A DNA stretch of 64,000 nt from Syntrophales bacterium (GCA_963665615.2 CAXXQE010000008.1:124001-188000); one strand, 5' to 3'. Shown: positions 28,769 to 39,568, counted from the first letter of the stretch. Notes: generated by a model from the letters alone, not told the origin. A program made the numbers and translations.

Positions 28769-29234
28769 GGGCCTTCACCTCCTTTGCCTGGATGAAGCCG
28801 AAGTACCGCGAATCGAAGCTGTCCCGATGCCGGCCTATGACGAAAAGAACGCCTTCTGGGATCTTTCCGTCGAAGGCAAAATGTGGGAGCTTTTCCCCAC
28901 GGAGGGATCTCTCCTTCGCGACTGCGATCTCCATGCCGTTGCAGTAGCTCTCAGGGCCGCGGATCAGGAGGCGTTCCCCGCCGGCGCAGGCGATCTTCTT
29001 GATCGCCCGGTGGGCCTGGCCGTGGTCGATGAATGGCGACCGGACATCGAAGAGGATGTAACGGTCCCTCTTCAGCTCGCTTGCCTGCGGGTCGTATTTG
29101 AGAAAAAAGACCCGGTGGTCCACGGACGGGGTCAAGGTCACGGCAAAGCGCGACGGGATCAGCATCCCCGCGAAGATCAAGGCGGCCAGAAACAAAACGA
29201 CCCTATGGTTTGATGATTTTGGCGTTTCGGACAA
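28749..29234 (-). CDS. trhF: S26 family conjugal signal peptidase (TrhF-like)
   Basis: TPSV, IKKIAC and DSFDSRYFG motifs. Confidence 0.85.
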   Translation of the reverse strand: MSETPKSSNHRVVLFLAALIFAGMLIPSRFAVTLTPSVDHRVFFLKYDPQASELKRDRYILFDVRSPFIDHGQAHRAIKKIACAGGERLLIRGPESYCNGMEIAVAKERSLRGEKLPHFAFDGKIPEGVLFVIGRHRDSFDSRYFGFIQAKEVKALAYPIF

Positions 29235-29607
29235 CGGCGTCTCCCATGATCACGACCTCGTTGGAAGGGATCTTCTCGATAGTCCTTTCCAGGGACTCGA
29301 TGTTCCTCTTTAACTGGTCGTCGTCGATTTTCCCCTGCACGAAAAGATCTCTCTGCAGGGCGATAAATCCCTTGATGTCCACGGCCACGATCCGCTGAGC
29401 GAAATACCGGTCATAGACAATGACCGATGCCACGGACGACGCGAGTGAAATTAACACGACCAGAAAAGTGATCTTCATACAGCCCGGCAAGGAGCGCTTG
29501 GGTTTGGCACTCTCCTTTCGTTCCTCTGAGTACACAACAAATGAGTCTTCCTGTGCCGTGGTGCCATCCGCCATATCGCCTTCGTCAGTCGTGCCGCTTT
29601 CCTTCAT
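29203..29607 (-). CDS. trbI: TrbI-like F-type conjugation protein
   Basis: Single TM followed by IVAVDIKGF; position after trbC. Confidence 0.6.
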   Translation of the reverse strand: MKESGTTDEGDMADGTTAQEDSFVVYSEERKESAKPKRSLPGCMKITFLVVLISLASSVASVIVYDRYFAQRIVAVDIKGFIALQRDLFVQGKIDDDQLKRNIESLERTIEKIPSNEVVIMGDAVVRNAKIIKP

Positions 29608-30440
29608 TATTTTTTCTCCTCATGATAGAGTCCGCCCTTGAGCGATGCGAGCAGGGCTTCGATGGAACGGCTTTTCGTTTCCCTTTGGAAGAGCTCCAGA
29701 ACGTGGGCCAGAGAAGCATCGCCGTAAAGGGTGTAGTGTTCACCGGTCTTCGCGTTTGTCTCCATCCCCTCGCTCATCGAGGCGTCCGTAACTCGAACAT
29801 CCGGGACATAGACGACAGCCGGAACCCGGTCGATCCCGTATCGTCGGAAGAGGATGGGATCGATCTTGATGCCGACTTGCCGCCTCTTGCAGGTTGCACC
29901 TTCACACTCAGCATCGGCGATGCCCCCCCGCACAAAGGCCAGCGTGGGCTTCAGGTATTTCATCCCTCCCACGAACCCCCGCATCACCATGAAGACGTGC
30001 GGATCGCGCAGCCTGTCGAGATCCCGCGCATAGTTGCGGAGCGTTTCAACCGGGACGGAGGAAGAAATAAAGACATATATCCTTTCGTTTGCCGGCAGTG
30101 ATCCTTCTTTGTTCGCATCTTTCATCTTCCTGGCAGCATCGCCGTAATAGGATTCGAGAGTGTCTTTGAATACTGTTGTTTTGAGCCGCTCGACTTCCGA
30201 CTCGTATTTCTTTTGAAACGCCTCAGACTGGAAGTAATCCGCCGTTTTTTGCGACTCTTCTTTCTCTTGGGATTCATGGAGGTTCTTGGGGATTTCGATT
30301 TTCCGTCCGAGTTCGTCGGCTCTCTCCAGCAATTGCCCGACATCCCCGATGTCGCTTGTCCCGGCATTGAGGGAAGAGGCGCTGAGGAGGACGGCCGCAA
30401 TGAAAAGGGTCGCCGATATTTTTGTCAGTCTGCGCAACAT
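29607..30440 (-). CDS. trbC: F-type pilin assembly protein TrbC
   Basis: YVFISSSVP, VMRGF, IDPILFRRYGIDRVPA, YGDASL motifs; start MLRRLTK with GGAGG RBS. Confidence 0.88.
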   Translation of the reverse strand: MLRRLTKISATLFIAAVLLSASSLNAGTSDIGDVGQLLERADELGRKIEIPKNLHESQEKEESQKTADYFQSEAFQKKYESEVERLKTTVFKDTLESYYGDAARKMKDANKEGSLPANERIYVFISSSVPVETLRNYARDLDRLRDPHVFMVMRGFVGGMKYLKPTLAFVRGGIADAECEGATCKRRQVGIKIDPILFRRYGIDRVPAVVYVPDVRVTDASMSEGMETNAKTGEHYTLYGDASLAHVLELFQRETKSRSIEALLASLKGGLYHEEKK

Positions 30441-31441
30441 GCCCTCCTCCTGAAGAGTTGCCAGACGAGGTTGTCCCCCTCGTAAGGTGGGTTCTTGCCG
30501 GCGCCCCATTCGAGGCCTGTCATGCCGAAGGGATGACACGTGTAATCGCGCACGGGCTTGGCGATCTGGATGCGGTAGTTGTGCTTGACCCAGATGGGCG
30601 TGGTAATGCAGGAACACAGATACAGGGCCGGGTCGCAGACTAGTCCCTGCCGGGAGAGCTTGTAGACCATCCGGGCCGCAATCGTGGAGGCGGCCATGAG
30701 TTCATTGTCGTCATTGACATGCCCCGTGAGCGGATAGGCGCTCCCGCCCGAGCCGATGCACCAGAAGAGAAGACTCATGGAGAATCCGACGTTGGTCGTG
30801 ACACTGTCCACCATGCAGGCCAACTGGGCCGTCATGTTGGCGAAGAGGATCGATTCGGGTTCCAGGAGGAAAGCCAGGTCATCGTCTTGCCAAAGCGGGT
30901 CAACCTCCGTCAGATAGGCCAAATCGAAGCCGCTGCTCTCCTCACACTCGGAATCGACAAGAGCCCCTAGGATCGACCAGACGGGATAGACGAAGTAGTG
31001 CGCTTGGGCAAAAGTTGAGGTCTCCACGCTCGCATTACTCGTCTCCAGGGAGCCTCCGCCCAGATAGCCGCTCGACCGGGACCAGCCAAAACCCAGGCTG
31101 GGAAAACAGTAAGGGTCCTTGACCGTCTCCACGTAGCGCGCAGGTTCCCAGAAGCTGATGGGCGTTCCTTCCCGTTCATAGATGGGAGGTGGCGCGGGAC
31201 AGGTGCACAATGTGGAATCCGCGGCGGTCGGGTAGTTGTTGTCCATGGGTCCGGGCATGACCTCTATCCCGGCGATGCTCAGAGGGAAGATGCACTGCCA
31301 GCAGAGATCCGTGACCGGGTTCAGAAATCCTCCGGAGCGGCAGGTGGCGGACGCGAGGGGCGCCTGCGCCAGACCGATCAGAAGAAACACGACTATGAAG
31401 ATTCTATTTCTTTTTAGCAGTCGTCTTGTTATCAATCGCAT
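30425..31441 (-). CDS. traU: TraU
   Basis: NPVTDLCWQCIFPLSIAG, FWEPAR, KDPYCFPSLG, YLTEVDPLWQDD, RRRACC motifs. Confidence 0.93.
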   Translation of the reverse strand: MRLITRRLLKRNRIFIVVFLLIGLAQAPLASATCRSGGFLNPVTDLCWQCIFPLSIAGIEVMPGPMDNNYPTAADSTLCTCPAPPPIYEREGTPISFWEPARYVETVKDPYCFPSLGFGWSRSSGYLGGGSLETSNASVETSTFAQAHYFVYPVWSILGALVDSECEESSGFDLAYLTEVDPLWQDDDLAFLLEPESILFANMTAQLACMVDSVTTNVGFSMSLLFWCIGSGGSAYPLTGHVNDDNELMAASTIAARMVYKLSRQGLVCDPALYLCSCITTPIWVKHNYRIQIAKPVRDYTCHPFGMTGLEWGAGKNPPYEGDNLVWQLFRRRACCAD

Positions 31442-32039
31442 ACTCCCTCACTTCCATAACGGTCCCTTTCTGGAAGACCACGGCCGGGACCACTGCCAGT
31501 TGCAACCGTTTTACGATCCCTCCATTCGCGTAAAAAACGGGCCGCTTAAGCCGATCCATGATCTCGTTGTACGAGCCACCGGACAGGAGGAGCCGCACCC
31601 GGAGGTCCTTGGCATACGGGGACGCCCGGAACCATTCGACCTGGCGGTTGTCGTCGCCGTCGATCACCACGAGGACTCCGGGGTAAAAGATGTATGCCAG
31701 GGGATTGAAGCTGTAACCTCGGGGATAGAGGATGCCGCCCTTGCCGTCCGGGATGTCGAAATCGAGCGTATAGCTCATGTTTACGTGGAAGGTCCGGTCC
31801 TTTTTCGCCGCGGGCAGGTTCGTCATCCCCTCGGGGCGATAGTCCCGAATCTTCGCCTCCATTTTCTTACGGTCCATGATCCGGCTCCAGTCTACCTCTT
31901 TGGCCCGGTCCTCGATTTCCGTCAGGGCGTCTTTCTCTATGATAGGGTAAGTTGCCCCGACACTCCCCAGTTCCTTGGCCGCAGCCAGCACGGCGATAAA
32001 GAGAACTGACAGGAGTACGCAGATCTGGATCTTCTTCAT
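31404..32039 (-). CDS. traW: TraW
   Basis: ELGSVGATYPIIEKD, FNPL, IDGDD..QVEW and VPAVV motifs. Confidence 0.88.
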   Translation of the reverse strand: MKKIQICVLLSVLFIAVLAAAKELGSVGATYPIIEKDALTEIEDRAKEVDWSRIMDRKKMEAKIRDYRPEGMTNLPAAKKDRTFHVNMSYTLDFDIPDGKGGILYPRGYSFNPLAYIFYPGVLVVIDGDDNRQVEWFRASPYAKDLRVRLLLSGGSYNEIMDRLKRPVFYANGGIVKRLQLAVVPAVVFQKGTVMEVREYAIDNKTTAKKK

Positions 32040-32057
32040 GGGTTCCCTTTCCCCGGC

Positions 32058-34577
32058 TTACTTCCCCAAGGTCTGGTTGAAGTAGCTGTTGACCTTGTCC
32101 TGCATCTCTTGTTTCATCTGGCCGGCCGCCTTGGTCTTGATGTCCCCGAAATATTCGCTCAGGTCAATTTTGGAAAAATCGAGCATCTGAAACTCGTCGG
32201 TCGTAAAGCCCCGGCACTGGGGGGACTCGGGAGAACCGAAGCCTTGCGGGAAGGTCTTCAATTGCGAGCGCCCCTGTTCCTGGATGATCCGGCCAAGCTT
32301 GGAGTTGAAACAGCAGTAAGCGTTTTCCCTCTGCACGCACCCGACCAGGGGCCACTCCGTCTTGCAGTAGTCCCCGACGTAATGGCATGCGCCGTTTGCC
32401 CCCGCCTGAACGGTCTCGACTTCCTCTGGGCTGCAATAGCTCTGGATGAAAAGGAAGCTTCCTGGATCGGTATCGCAGCAGTTGAAAAAGCTCGTCTCCA
32501 CGCCCGGGGGCCGGCAGTCCATGGCCCGGCCGGTGAATATGGCGATCGCGCCCAGGCACTGACCTGTTTGCGTGTCCACGGCGCCATTGCAAATGAGATC
32601 TTTTCCAGCGGCGTCGAGGGCCGATATCACCGCGGTCGCCTCTGCGAAATCGTTCAGGCATTGGCACGATTTCACGATCTCCTCGTCCGGCCCGGCAGGG
32701 CAGGCGGCCTCATCGCATTTGCGGTACAGGAAATCATAAGAGGTCAGGTCCTTGCGATACTCCGCAGTCGTGTCGGTGAGGCCGGCTTGCGTGTCCACCT
32801 TGGGCTTGCGGGTCTTGCAGGCTTGGTCGCAGTCTGCGTGGGCGTCGTTTCCCACGTCTCCGATTTCGACGGCCTTCGCCTCCGTCGTCCAGGAGCCGTT
32901 ATCGGTCTTCCGCAGGTCGCTGTAGTACAGGGTTCCCGACGAATAGTCAGTCGTAGCGTAAATCGAATCGACCCGCTTTTTGGTGTCGTCGAAGTTCCAG
33001 ACAGCGTCAGTGGCGCAGAAATAGACACGGTCCTTTTTCCACCAGTCGCGGCAGACGGTGTGCGAGTCGAATCCCACGAAATCCCGGCACGACGTCAGCG
33101 GTATGAGGCCGGTCGAAAGATAGTTGTTCACCGTGACCACACCGTCTGCGGTCTCCCGGTTCAGGCTGCACTTGGGATCTGCCTCGAAGGCCGCGCACTG
33201 GTCGTCCACGGATTCGTCGAGGATGTCCTGCCGGACCGGGTCCGAAGTGCAGGAATCCGCGTTCATGGGAATGGTTCCCGGATAATAACTGCAATCGATG
33301 GAACCGGAAGAGGCCGTGTAGTAATAGCCCTGGATGACGCGCTCGTCGTTTGTGGGGCAGGCGGGGAAGGTGACGGACTGGTATTCTCCGGTGTAGAGGA
33401 TGTGCTGGATGCCGCCGCAGGTGTAAATGATCCGGGCGTTCTTGACGATTCCTCCCCAGGGATCGCCGCAGAGGTCGTTGCTGATATAAAAACCCGTCCC
33501 GCCTGCTGGGGAGATGTAAACGGAGAAATAGCACCCGGAGCCGCCCCCACCTGTCGAGAAGAGCCGCGGTGTGTAGTCGTTCGCCGTAATTACGCATTTG
33601 TCGAGCGCGGCCAGATATTGGCTGTCCGCGAGGGAACAGGTGGTCTCCTTCTGAACGGTGACGTTCCGGATGAGGGAGCAGGAGCGGAAGGTTCCCTGGT
33701 TGTTTTGTGCGGCCTGGGCCTGGGTGATCAGGTTGTAGTAGCTTCCGGGATCGCTTCGTTCGGAGGCGACCTCGGCGTCCTTCGCGTTAGTGAGCGCGGC
33801 ACCGCTCAGGCCGCCCGAGTAGTAGCTCTCGGGGCTGTACGACGGGTTTTCGTTTTGCGAGCACGATCCCGTGCCCTGACCGTAGTAGGTGATCTGAGTG
33901 TCCGTTATCTTGGCGTCGGTGACGGCGTACTTGGGGTTGATCGCCTGAACTGCCCCGACGACGCCTCCGCCCAGGTCTTTGAGGAGAAGGGCGAGATCGT
34001 TCCAGGCAAGTCCGTTTCCGCAGGCGTTGTTGACGCAGTAGCAGCCGCCCAGTGTCGTGCGGTCCACCTGGGTGAGTCCCACACGGGCGGATGCGTCCGC
34101 GGTCCATTGCCAGTATGCGCAGTTGTCCCAGGTTCCGGGCGTGCAGCCGATGACACCGTTGGCACAGATCCCGGAAACCGGGAAGGGAACGCTGTAGCTG
34201 TAATCGATATTCCCGTCCAGATCGAGATCCTGGGAGACAAGGACAGTCTCGATATCCCCCGTTCCAGAGGGCTGGATCAAAACCTCCAGAAAGCGGCTGG
34301 AGGAGGGACAGGCGAGCTGGCTCGAAAAGGACTTGCTCCCGTCCAGGGTCTGCATGGGTGTAGCATTGGAGGTCATGGGCGCAGAAATGTTGCTCTGAAT
34401 TCCCTCCGGTGTCCCGTATTTCTGGAGGACAGCGCTGCCCAGATCGCTCCCTGCCTGGGCTGCGTCTTGAGAAAACGCGGGGGGCGCATTTCCCAGTATA
34501 AGGGCTAGAAAGAGGATAATCGGGAGGCTAACGCCCTGTCCGATATTTCCTGACCATGTCGTTAATCGCTTCGCCAT
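32058..34577 (-). CDS. traN: Mating pair stabilisation protein TraN
   Basis: Cys-rich; C-terminal CHYVGDYC...YCCFNSKLGRIIQEQGRSQL...CRGFT..EFQMLDFSKIDLSEY. Confidence 0.92.
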   Translation of the reverse strand: MAKRLTTWSGNIGQGVSLPIILFLALILGNAPPAFSQDAAQAGSDLGSAVLQKYGTPEGIQSNISAPMTSNATPMQTLDGSKSFSSQLACPSSSRFLEVLIQPSGTGDIETVLVSQDLDLDGNIDYSYSVPFPVSGICANGVIGCTPGTWDNCAYWQWTADASARVGLTQVDRTTLGGCYCVNNACGNGLAWNDLALLLKDLGGGVVGAVQAINPKYAVTDAKITDTQITYYGQGTGSCSQNENPSYSPESYYSGGLSGAALTNAKDAEVASERSDPGSYYNLITQAQAAQNNQGTFRSCSLIRNVTVQKETTCSLADSQYLAALDKCVITANDYTPRLFSTGGGGSGCYFSVYISPAGGTGFYISNDLCGDPWGGIVKNARIIYTCGGIQHILYTGEYQSVTFPACPTNDERVIQGYYYTASSGSIDCSYYPGTIPMNADSCTSDPVRQDILDESVDDQCAAFEADPKCSLNRETADGVVTVNNYLSTGLIPLTSCRDFVGFDSHTVCRDWWKKDRVYFCATDAVWNFDDTKKRVDSIYATTDYSSGTLYYSDLRKTDNGSWTTEAKAVEIGDVGNDAHADCDQACKTRKPKVDTQAGLTDTTAEYRKDLTSYDFLYRKCDEAACPAGPDEEIVKSCQCLNDFAEATAVISALDAAGKDLICNGAVDTQTGQCLGAIAIFTGRAMDCRPPGVETSFFNCCDTDPGSFLFIQSYCSPEEVETVQAGANGACHYVGDYCKTEWPLVGCVQRENAYCCFNSKLGRIIQEQGRSQLKTFPQGFGSPESPQCRGFTTDEFQMLDFSKIDLSEYFGDIKTKAAGQMKQEMQDKVNSYFNQTLGK

Positions 34578-37020
34578 AGCTTCTTCCATTGTCCACAAGA
34601 GACTCGATCTCGGCGATTTCCGCCGCGTCGGAGGTGTAAAGGTAATAGGAAAAGGGGTCCACGGCCAGGCGCGCCACCCCTTGGCCGAAGGGCGTGTCCA
34701 TAAAGATCTCCGAGTACTTGGGCTTGTTGCTCCGGACCGATTTGAGAATCCGGAGGGCGAAGCCCTCGTAGTCGATGAGGCCTTCCAGCTTCGCCCGGTC
34801 GAAATCGCTCGACTCCAGGTAAAACTTGAAGGCGCTGTTCGACCGGATCACGTCCCCGACGCTTCCGAATTGCTTGAGGTCGAGAATGGACTGGGTGACG
34901 ACCGTGAAGCTGCCACCGTACTTTCTCGCGCGGCGGTACCCCTCCTCGATGACACCTTTCATGGAGCTGCCCTCCTTCATGAACTGCCAGGCCTCGTCGA
35001 AAACGATGAACCGGGGCCTCTTGCGGTTGGAGACGTAGAGGTCCGAGGTGACCGCGTTGATCACTTGGAGGGTGATGACCTTGAAAAGCTCCTTCTGGGG
35101 TTTGAGATGTTCCAGTTCGAGAACCACAAACTCGTCGTCCGCAATGTTGAAATCTGAGACACCGTTGAACCACCTGCCGTAGAGATGGCCGCTCGTGAAC
35201 TCGGTCAGATTGAAGGAAAGTGTCCGGGCAAGCGACCGGAAGGATGCGACGTCCATCTCAGCAGGGGAATCGAACGCCTCGGCGTGCTCGGGAAAGGTGT
35301 TCAGGTATTCGTAGACCGTGTCGATGGAGGCCTCCGGTCCCTCGCTCTGCCAGGCCCACTTGACTGCGGACTTGATGAGGGACATGGCTGTCTCCGCCGT
35401 GTCCTCGGGGACGATGTCGGTCGATGAATGGGCCATTTGCAGGACGATGGACGCGATGACCGGGAGATCCGCCCCTGCGTCCATGACACCCGTGAAGGGG
35501 TTCATGCAGAGGCGGGAGTCCTGGGTGAAGTCGAGGAAACGCGCGTTGAAGAGCCGAGTCATTTTCTTGTAGGAGCCGCCGATATCCACGATGCGGATGA
35601 GGGCATTGGCGGCGTAGTGGTTGTACACAAGGTTGTTCACCAGAAAGGACTTGCCGCTTCCTGAGGAGGAGGCGACAAAAACGTTGTGGTTGTTGGCCCG
35701 CCGGTCGAAGATATCGAGCGAGCAGGGCTGCCCCTTTCTGCCGATGAAGATCAGGTTGGGACTGCCGCCGCCCGCGAAATCCGCCTGGATGGGCAATGTG
35801 ACCGCGACAGTGTCGCAGGGCGCGATGAAGTCCCGGTCCAGGCTCTCGATGTTCTCTCCCCGGTCATAGAGACCGAAGGGAAGTGACGCGAGAAAGAGAA
35901 TGGGAAGGATTCCCCGGTCTTCCTGCATGACGTAGCCCTGCGCCTCCCACATCCTTTTGGCCCGCACGATGGACTCGCTCGCCGCCTTTTCCGTTTCCGC
36001 CCAGACCCAGAGGATCGGCATCACCCGGACAAAGGGCGTTCCCTTTTCCACCTCGTCCACGGCGGCCATGTACTCGTCCTTCTTGCGTGTGAGCGAGGGC
36101 GCGAAGCTCCCCACCCCTTGCTGCTGGAGGACGAGGTTGCACTTGGTATGGAGCTTCGACTTGAGATCATGAAAGACGATGTTCAGGGTGAAGAAAAAGG
36201 GCGTGGTGATCTGGTTCGCGTCGGAGACCACGCCCCAGACCCCGCCGAAGAGTTCATTCGTCTGCAAGGGATCGACTTTTCGGGGATAGTGCTTTACCGT
36301 GGTGCAGCGGAAATAGCGCTCGCCCACCTGCACGCGGTCCATGGTCTTTTCGATCACGGTGTCGGAGAGGATCACCTGTTTGCGGATGGGAACATCCTCG
36401 TCCCATGCGGCGTTGTTCCGGGAAGAATAACCGTTCATGTGATGTCTCATCCAGTCGATCAGTCCGGAGGGAGGAACGGATCGGGGAAAGAGATCGGCCC
36501 CCCGGAGGATTTCCATGATCGCGTTGGCGAGGTCCTTCAAATGCAGTTTCCCTTCTTGTTCTTCCGGGATCTTCACGGTCACGAAGAGGCGGAAGTTCCT
36601 GAGAGGCGTCTTGAGAAAGGCGTCCATGCCATGAGCGCCCGATTCCAGAAACGCAGTGAACTTGTCCGAGGCCTCGCGGACGATGACGAGGTCGCGCGTC
36701 TTGCCCGCCCTGTATGCTTCGATGTACGGGTCGATGTGATCGTCCGCGTGCAGGATGAACTGCATGACCGATCCGTGCGGGAGACCGAGCCGGAAGAGAC
36801 CCTCCAGAGTGAAGAAAGTCTTCTCCCCGGCGAAGCTCAGGGGACTGCACTCCCAGATAAACCCCTTGGTTCCGTCGATGTTCAGGTACGCGCCGGTGTT
36901 TGCGTCATGGGCGACCCAGGGGAGGTAGTCGGAAAAGCGATCACGCCGGGTCAACTCGCGCAGGTCACTGAGGCGCATTCCGCCGCGGTTTCCGAACAAG
37001 AGGTTGAAGAGCTTACCCAT
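34528..37020 (-). CDS. traC: TraC/VirB4 ATPase
   Basis: ASSSGSGKSF, VDIGGSY, FDEAWQ, RRARKYGGSF, TQS motifs. Confidence 0.95.
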   Translation of the reverse strand: MGKLFNLLFGNRGGMRLSDLRELTRRDRFSDYLPWVAHDANTGAYLNIDGTKGFIWECSPLSFAGEKTFFTLEGLFRLGLPHGSVMQFILHADDHIDPYIEAYRAGKTRDLVIVREASDKFTAFLESGAHGMDAFLKTPLRNFRLFVTVKIPEEQEGKLHLKDLANAIMEILRGADLFPRSVPPSGLIDWMRHHMNGYSSRNNAAWDEDVPIRKQVILSDTVIEKTMDRVQVGERYFRCTTVKHYPRKVDPLQTNELFGGVWGVVSDANQITTPFFFTLNIVFHDLKSKLHTKCNLVLQQQGVGSFAPSLTRKKDEYMAAVDEVEKGTPFVRVMPILWVWAETEKAASESIVRAKRMWEAQGYVMQEDRGILPILFLASLPFGLYDRGENIESLDRDFIAPCDTVAVTLPIQADFAGGGSPNLIFIGRKGQPCSLDIFDRRANNHNVFVASSSGSGKSFLVNNLVYNHYAANALIRIVDIGGSYKKMTRLFNARFLDFTQDSRLCMNPFTGVMDAGADLPVIASIVLQMAHSSTDIVPEDTAETAMSLIKSAVKWAWQSEGPEASIDTVYEYLNTFPEHAEAFDSPAEMDVASFRSLARTLSFNLTEFTSGHLYGRWFNGVSDFNIADDEFVVLELEHLKPQKELFKVITLQVINAVTSDLYVSNRKRPRFIVFDEAWQFMKEGSSMKGVIEEGYRRARKYGGSFTVVTQSILDLKQFGSVGDVIRSNSAFKFYLESSDFDRAKLEGLIDYEGFALRILKSVRSNKPKYSEIFMDTPFGQGVARLAVDPFSYYLYTSDAAEIAEIESLVDNGRSYGEAINDMVRKYRTGR

Positions 37021-37481
37021 CAGTCGGTCGCTCCCTTCTCAAGATAGTCGCCCATGATCCACCGGGGATCGTCGGCCATGAAGTAGACGTACCGGGGCAT
37101 GAAGAGCTCGCCCCCTTCGCCCTTGTATGGAAGGAAGAGGACGCGCATGATCTTGGGGGGCGCGACAAGCGGGGTTACCGGTTCCCGAAGGAGGCCGATG
37201 AGTTTCTTGTAAACCTCTTCCTGATAGACGAGGTCGCTGCCCGCGGATTTCGGTCCGGTTGTCGAGATTTCCGCCTTCTGGGATTTTCGAGGGGCTTCCG
37301 GCGCTTTCTTTTCCGGTGCCTTTTTCAGGGACTCGTCATAGGCCGCCTCCACGGCCACGCACTTGCCGTTTTCCTTCTGGGGGCAGGTGAAGTCGCTCTT
37401 GTAGGGGTTGAGGACAGCGCAGCCGGAAACGAGCAGAATCGCTCCTCCAACCAGCATGTACGATGATAGTTCTTTCATCAC
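37020..37481 (-). CDS. traV: TraV lipoprotein
   Basis: Lipobox VSGC, FTCP..GKC, MRVLFLPY motifs. Confidence 0.88.
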   Translation of the reverse strand: MMKELSSYMLVGGAILLVSGCAVLNPYKSDFTCPQKENGKCVAVEAAYDESLKKAPEKKAPEAPRKSQKAEISTTGPKSAGSDLVYQEEVYKKLIGLLREPVTPLVAPPKIMRVLFLPYKGEGGELFMPRYVYFMADDPRWIMGDYLEKGATD

Positions 37482-38704
37482 GGTTTCTTTCCTCCGGATT
37501 TTTCCTTGATCTCCAGTTCGATTCCCTCGCTCACGACAAGCGTGATGTTCCGCGTGGCCCCGACCTCAATCACGGGCATGCTCTGTTTGGCGAGTTCCAG
37601 GTAGAACTTCTGGAGTTCGTGAGCGCCTTGGGCGAGCCCGCTTCCGAGTCCGGCCTGGGCGACCTGTCCGGGGTCGATGGTCTGAGTCGTTCCCAGAGCG
37701 CTTACACTGGAGGTCACGGTGGAGGACCGCAGGGCATCGCCCGCGCCTCCGAAGAATCCGCCCAGCACCGAGCGCGCGATGGCCGATCCCATTCGGGAGA
37801 CCACTGTTCCCCTCAAGCCGATCTTCCCGTCTGAATCAACCACGAAGCCCTTGACCTTTTGGTCGATGACGGCCTGACCTTTGCGGGACAGGCACGAAAG
37901 GTTCGCCAAGCGCAGGTGCGCCCGCTCGTCGGCGAGGTTCCCATGTCCCTCGGCGATGACGAAACAGCCCTTAAGATCCGCCTTGACCCGGTTGGGAAGG
38001 ATCGCCAGATCCTTGATTCTCAGCAGGACCGGGACGGGGTTTCCCTTGGCCGACTCCACCGTGGGCGCGTCCAGGCCGGAAAGCAGGGTCGCCTCCATGA
38101 AAGAAGGGGGCAGATAGACCGAGTCGGTCTTCTCGTTTTTTTTTACCTCGGCCTGCTTCTGATCCTTACCCTTACCCTGCGAATTGGAGACGAGTTCGAT
38201 GTCTCCTGTAGTCTCCGCGACGGCCCCTTTAGTCGCTTGATTCGATTGGCTCGACTGGGACGAGCCCACAGTCGAGGCAGTCGGCTGCGGGGGAGGCGGG
38301 ATGGGGGTGACTGGATAGCGCGATGACCTCTCAATGGTGGAAGGCTTTGGAACGGGGGGAGTAGTTTTCCCCTTTTCCGTGTCGAGTTTGCGTTCTGCGG
38401 GGACACTCTCTGTTTTCTGCGCCTTGATCTCGTCCAGGGCTTTCTGAAAGGCGGAGAGCTTTTCCTCTGTTTTGGCGATTTCCTTCTGCGTCTCCATGTA
38501 CGCAGATTTCTCCAGGAGCCGGGCATCGAGGACGATTTCCTTGTTTCCCTGTGTTTTTCCCGGCAATGTCCCGCCGTTTCTCGTCTTGACGTAATATCCG
38601 GCAAGGCCGAATCCGAGAACTGCAATGAGTCCTATCGTGATGACCACGGCGCGCTTCTGCTTGGGTGGAATCTTTTCCCACAGGGACTTCAATTTATCGA
38701 TCAT
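37478..38704 (-). CDS. traB: TraB/VirB10
   Basis: TM, coiled coil, Pro-rich linker; LLSGLDAPT, DLKGCF, ERAHLR, DGKIGLRG, PVIEVGA motifs. Confidence 0.92.
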   Translation of the reverse strand: MIDKLKSLWEKIPPKQKRAVVITIGLIAVLGFGLAGYYVKTRNGGTLPGKTQGNKEIVLDARLLEKSAYMETQKEIAKTEEKLSAFQKALDEIKAQKTESVPAERKLDTEKGKTTPPVPKPSTIERSSRYPVTPIPPPPQPTASTVGSSQSSQSNQATKGAVAETTGDIELVSNSQGKGKDQKQAEVKKNEKTDSVYLPPSFMEATLLSGLDAPTVESAKGNPVPVLLRIKDLAILPNRVKADLKGCFVIAEGHGNLADERAHLRLANLSCLSRKGQAVIDQKVKGFVVDSDGKIGLRGTVVSRMGSAIARSVLGGFFGGAGDALRSSTVTSSVSALGTTQTIDPGQVAQAGLGSGLAQGAHELQKFYLELAKQSMPVIEVGATRNITLVVSEGIELEIKEKSGGKKP

Positions 38705-39561
38705 GGTTCGACTCCTTCCCGGCGCGCCTCGGCAACAAAAACACGTAGCGTGTCCCCTCTCTTGAGGACCAGCCGATCCAGCGAGATAGCGATTGGCTGC
38801 GCCGAGATCTCACTTCTGAGAAAGTCCTTTTCGCCGAGTTCCAGTTGGTTCTTAACGCTTCCTGTAAGCGTTCCCCGGTACTCCTTCACCTGGAAACCTT
38901 CGCCATCGACCACAGCAACGCGGAGGAGGACTAGATCGATATCCTGGAAGAGATCGATCTTCTGCCTGGGTGTCGTGACGGTGAAGCTATCCGGGATATC
39001 TTCCAGGAAGAGGCTTCGGATCGCACTCAGAACCTTCTTCTCGAAGGGGAGAGCCCCCAGTAGGGACTTGTTCTTCCGGATGTTGTCCATCTTGCCTGTG
39101 GAGAGTCTGACGGACCGGGCCGGGATTCTCCTCGGCAGGGCGATCAGGGTGTAGACGCTCTCTCCGCAGACGATAAAGATCTCCGAGGGGGTCGTGCTGT
39201 ATACGATCTTACCCTCCTTCTGGGTGGTGCGAAATTTGACAAAGGCGTCCTTGCCGCTGAACCGGACCGCGATTCCCTTTTCCTTGGAAAAGACCACGTC
39301 CTTGATCTCTTCGCCGCAGGTGATTCGATTCACGTCGGAACTGCTCAGCTCGATGGTCTGGGCGATTTCGGGCAGGAGGGTGACCGCGCCCTCGACCGAG
39401 GAGGTGGCGGTCTGGGGCGCGGTCATTACCGGCGTTTGCCGGGTAGGTAGTTTTTCAGGACGATCCTGGCCGAAGGTCTTGGCACTACTGCCAAGGGCGA
39501 GGAGGAAAAGGACGAGAAGAATAAGTCCTGCTGGAATCTTTTTGAACGGGTGCTTCGTCAT
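38701..39561 (-). CDS. traK: TraK
   Basis: Signal peptide, LSSSDVNRITC, FSKEKG; position between traE and traB. Confidence 0.85.
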   Translation of the reverse strand: MTKHPFKKIPAGLILLVLFLLALGSSAKTFGQDRPEKLPTRQTPVMTAPQTATSSVEGAVTLLPEIAQTIELSSSDVNRITCGEEIKDVVFSKEKGIAVRFSGKDAFVKFRTTQKEGKIVYSTTPSEIFIVCGESVYTLIALPRRIPARSVRLSTGKMDNIRKNKSLLGALPFEKKVLSAIRSLFLEDIPDSFTVTTPRQKIDLFQDIDLVLLRVAVVDGEGFQVKEYRGTLTGSVKNQLELGEKDFLRSEISAQPIAISLDRLVLKRGDTLRVFVAEARREGVEP

Positions 39562-39568
39562 GGCGATT

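Noticed and set aside
32109..34508. 799-aa plus-strand ORF and other long antisense ORFs in the tra and cobN regions (for example 54838-56061, 55767-57041)
   Set aside because: They are shadow frames of GC-rich genes with clear motifs on the opposite strand and have no recognisable domains
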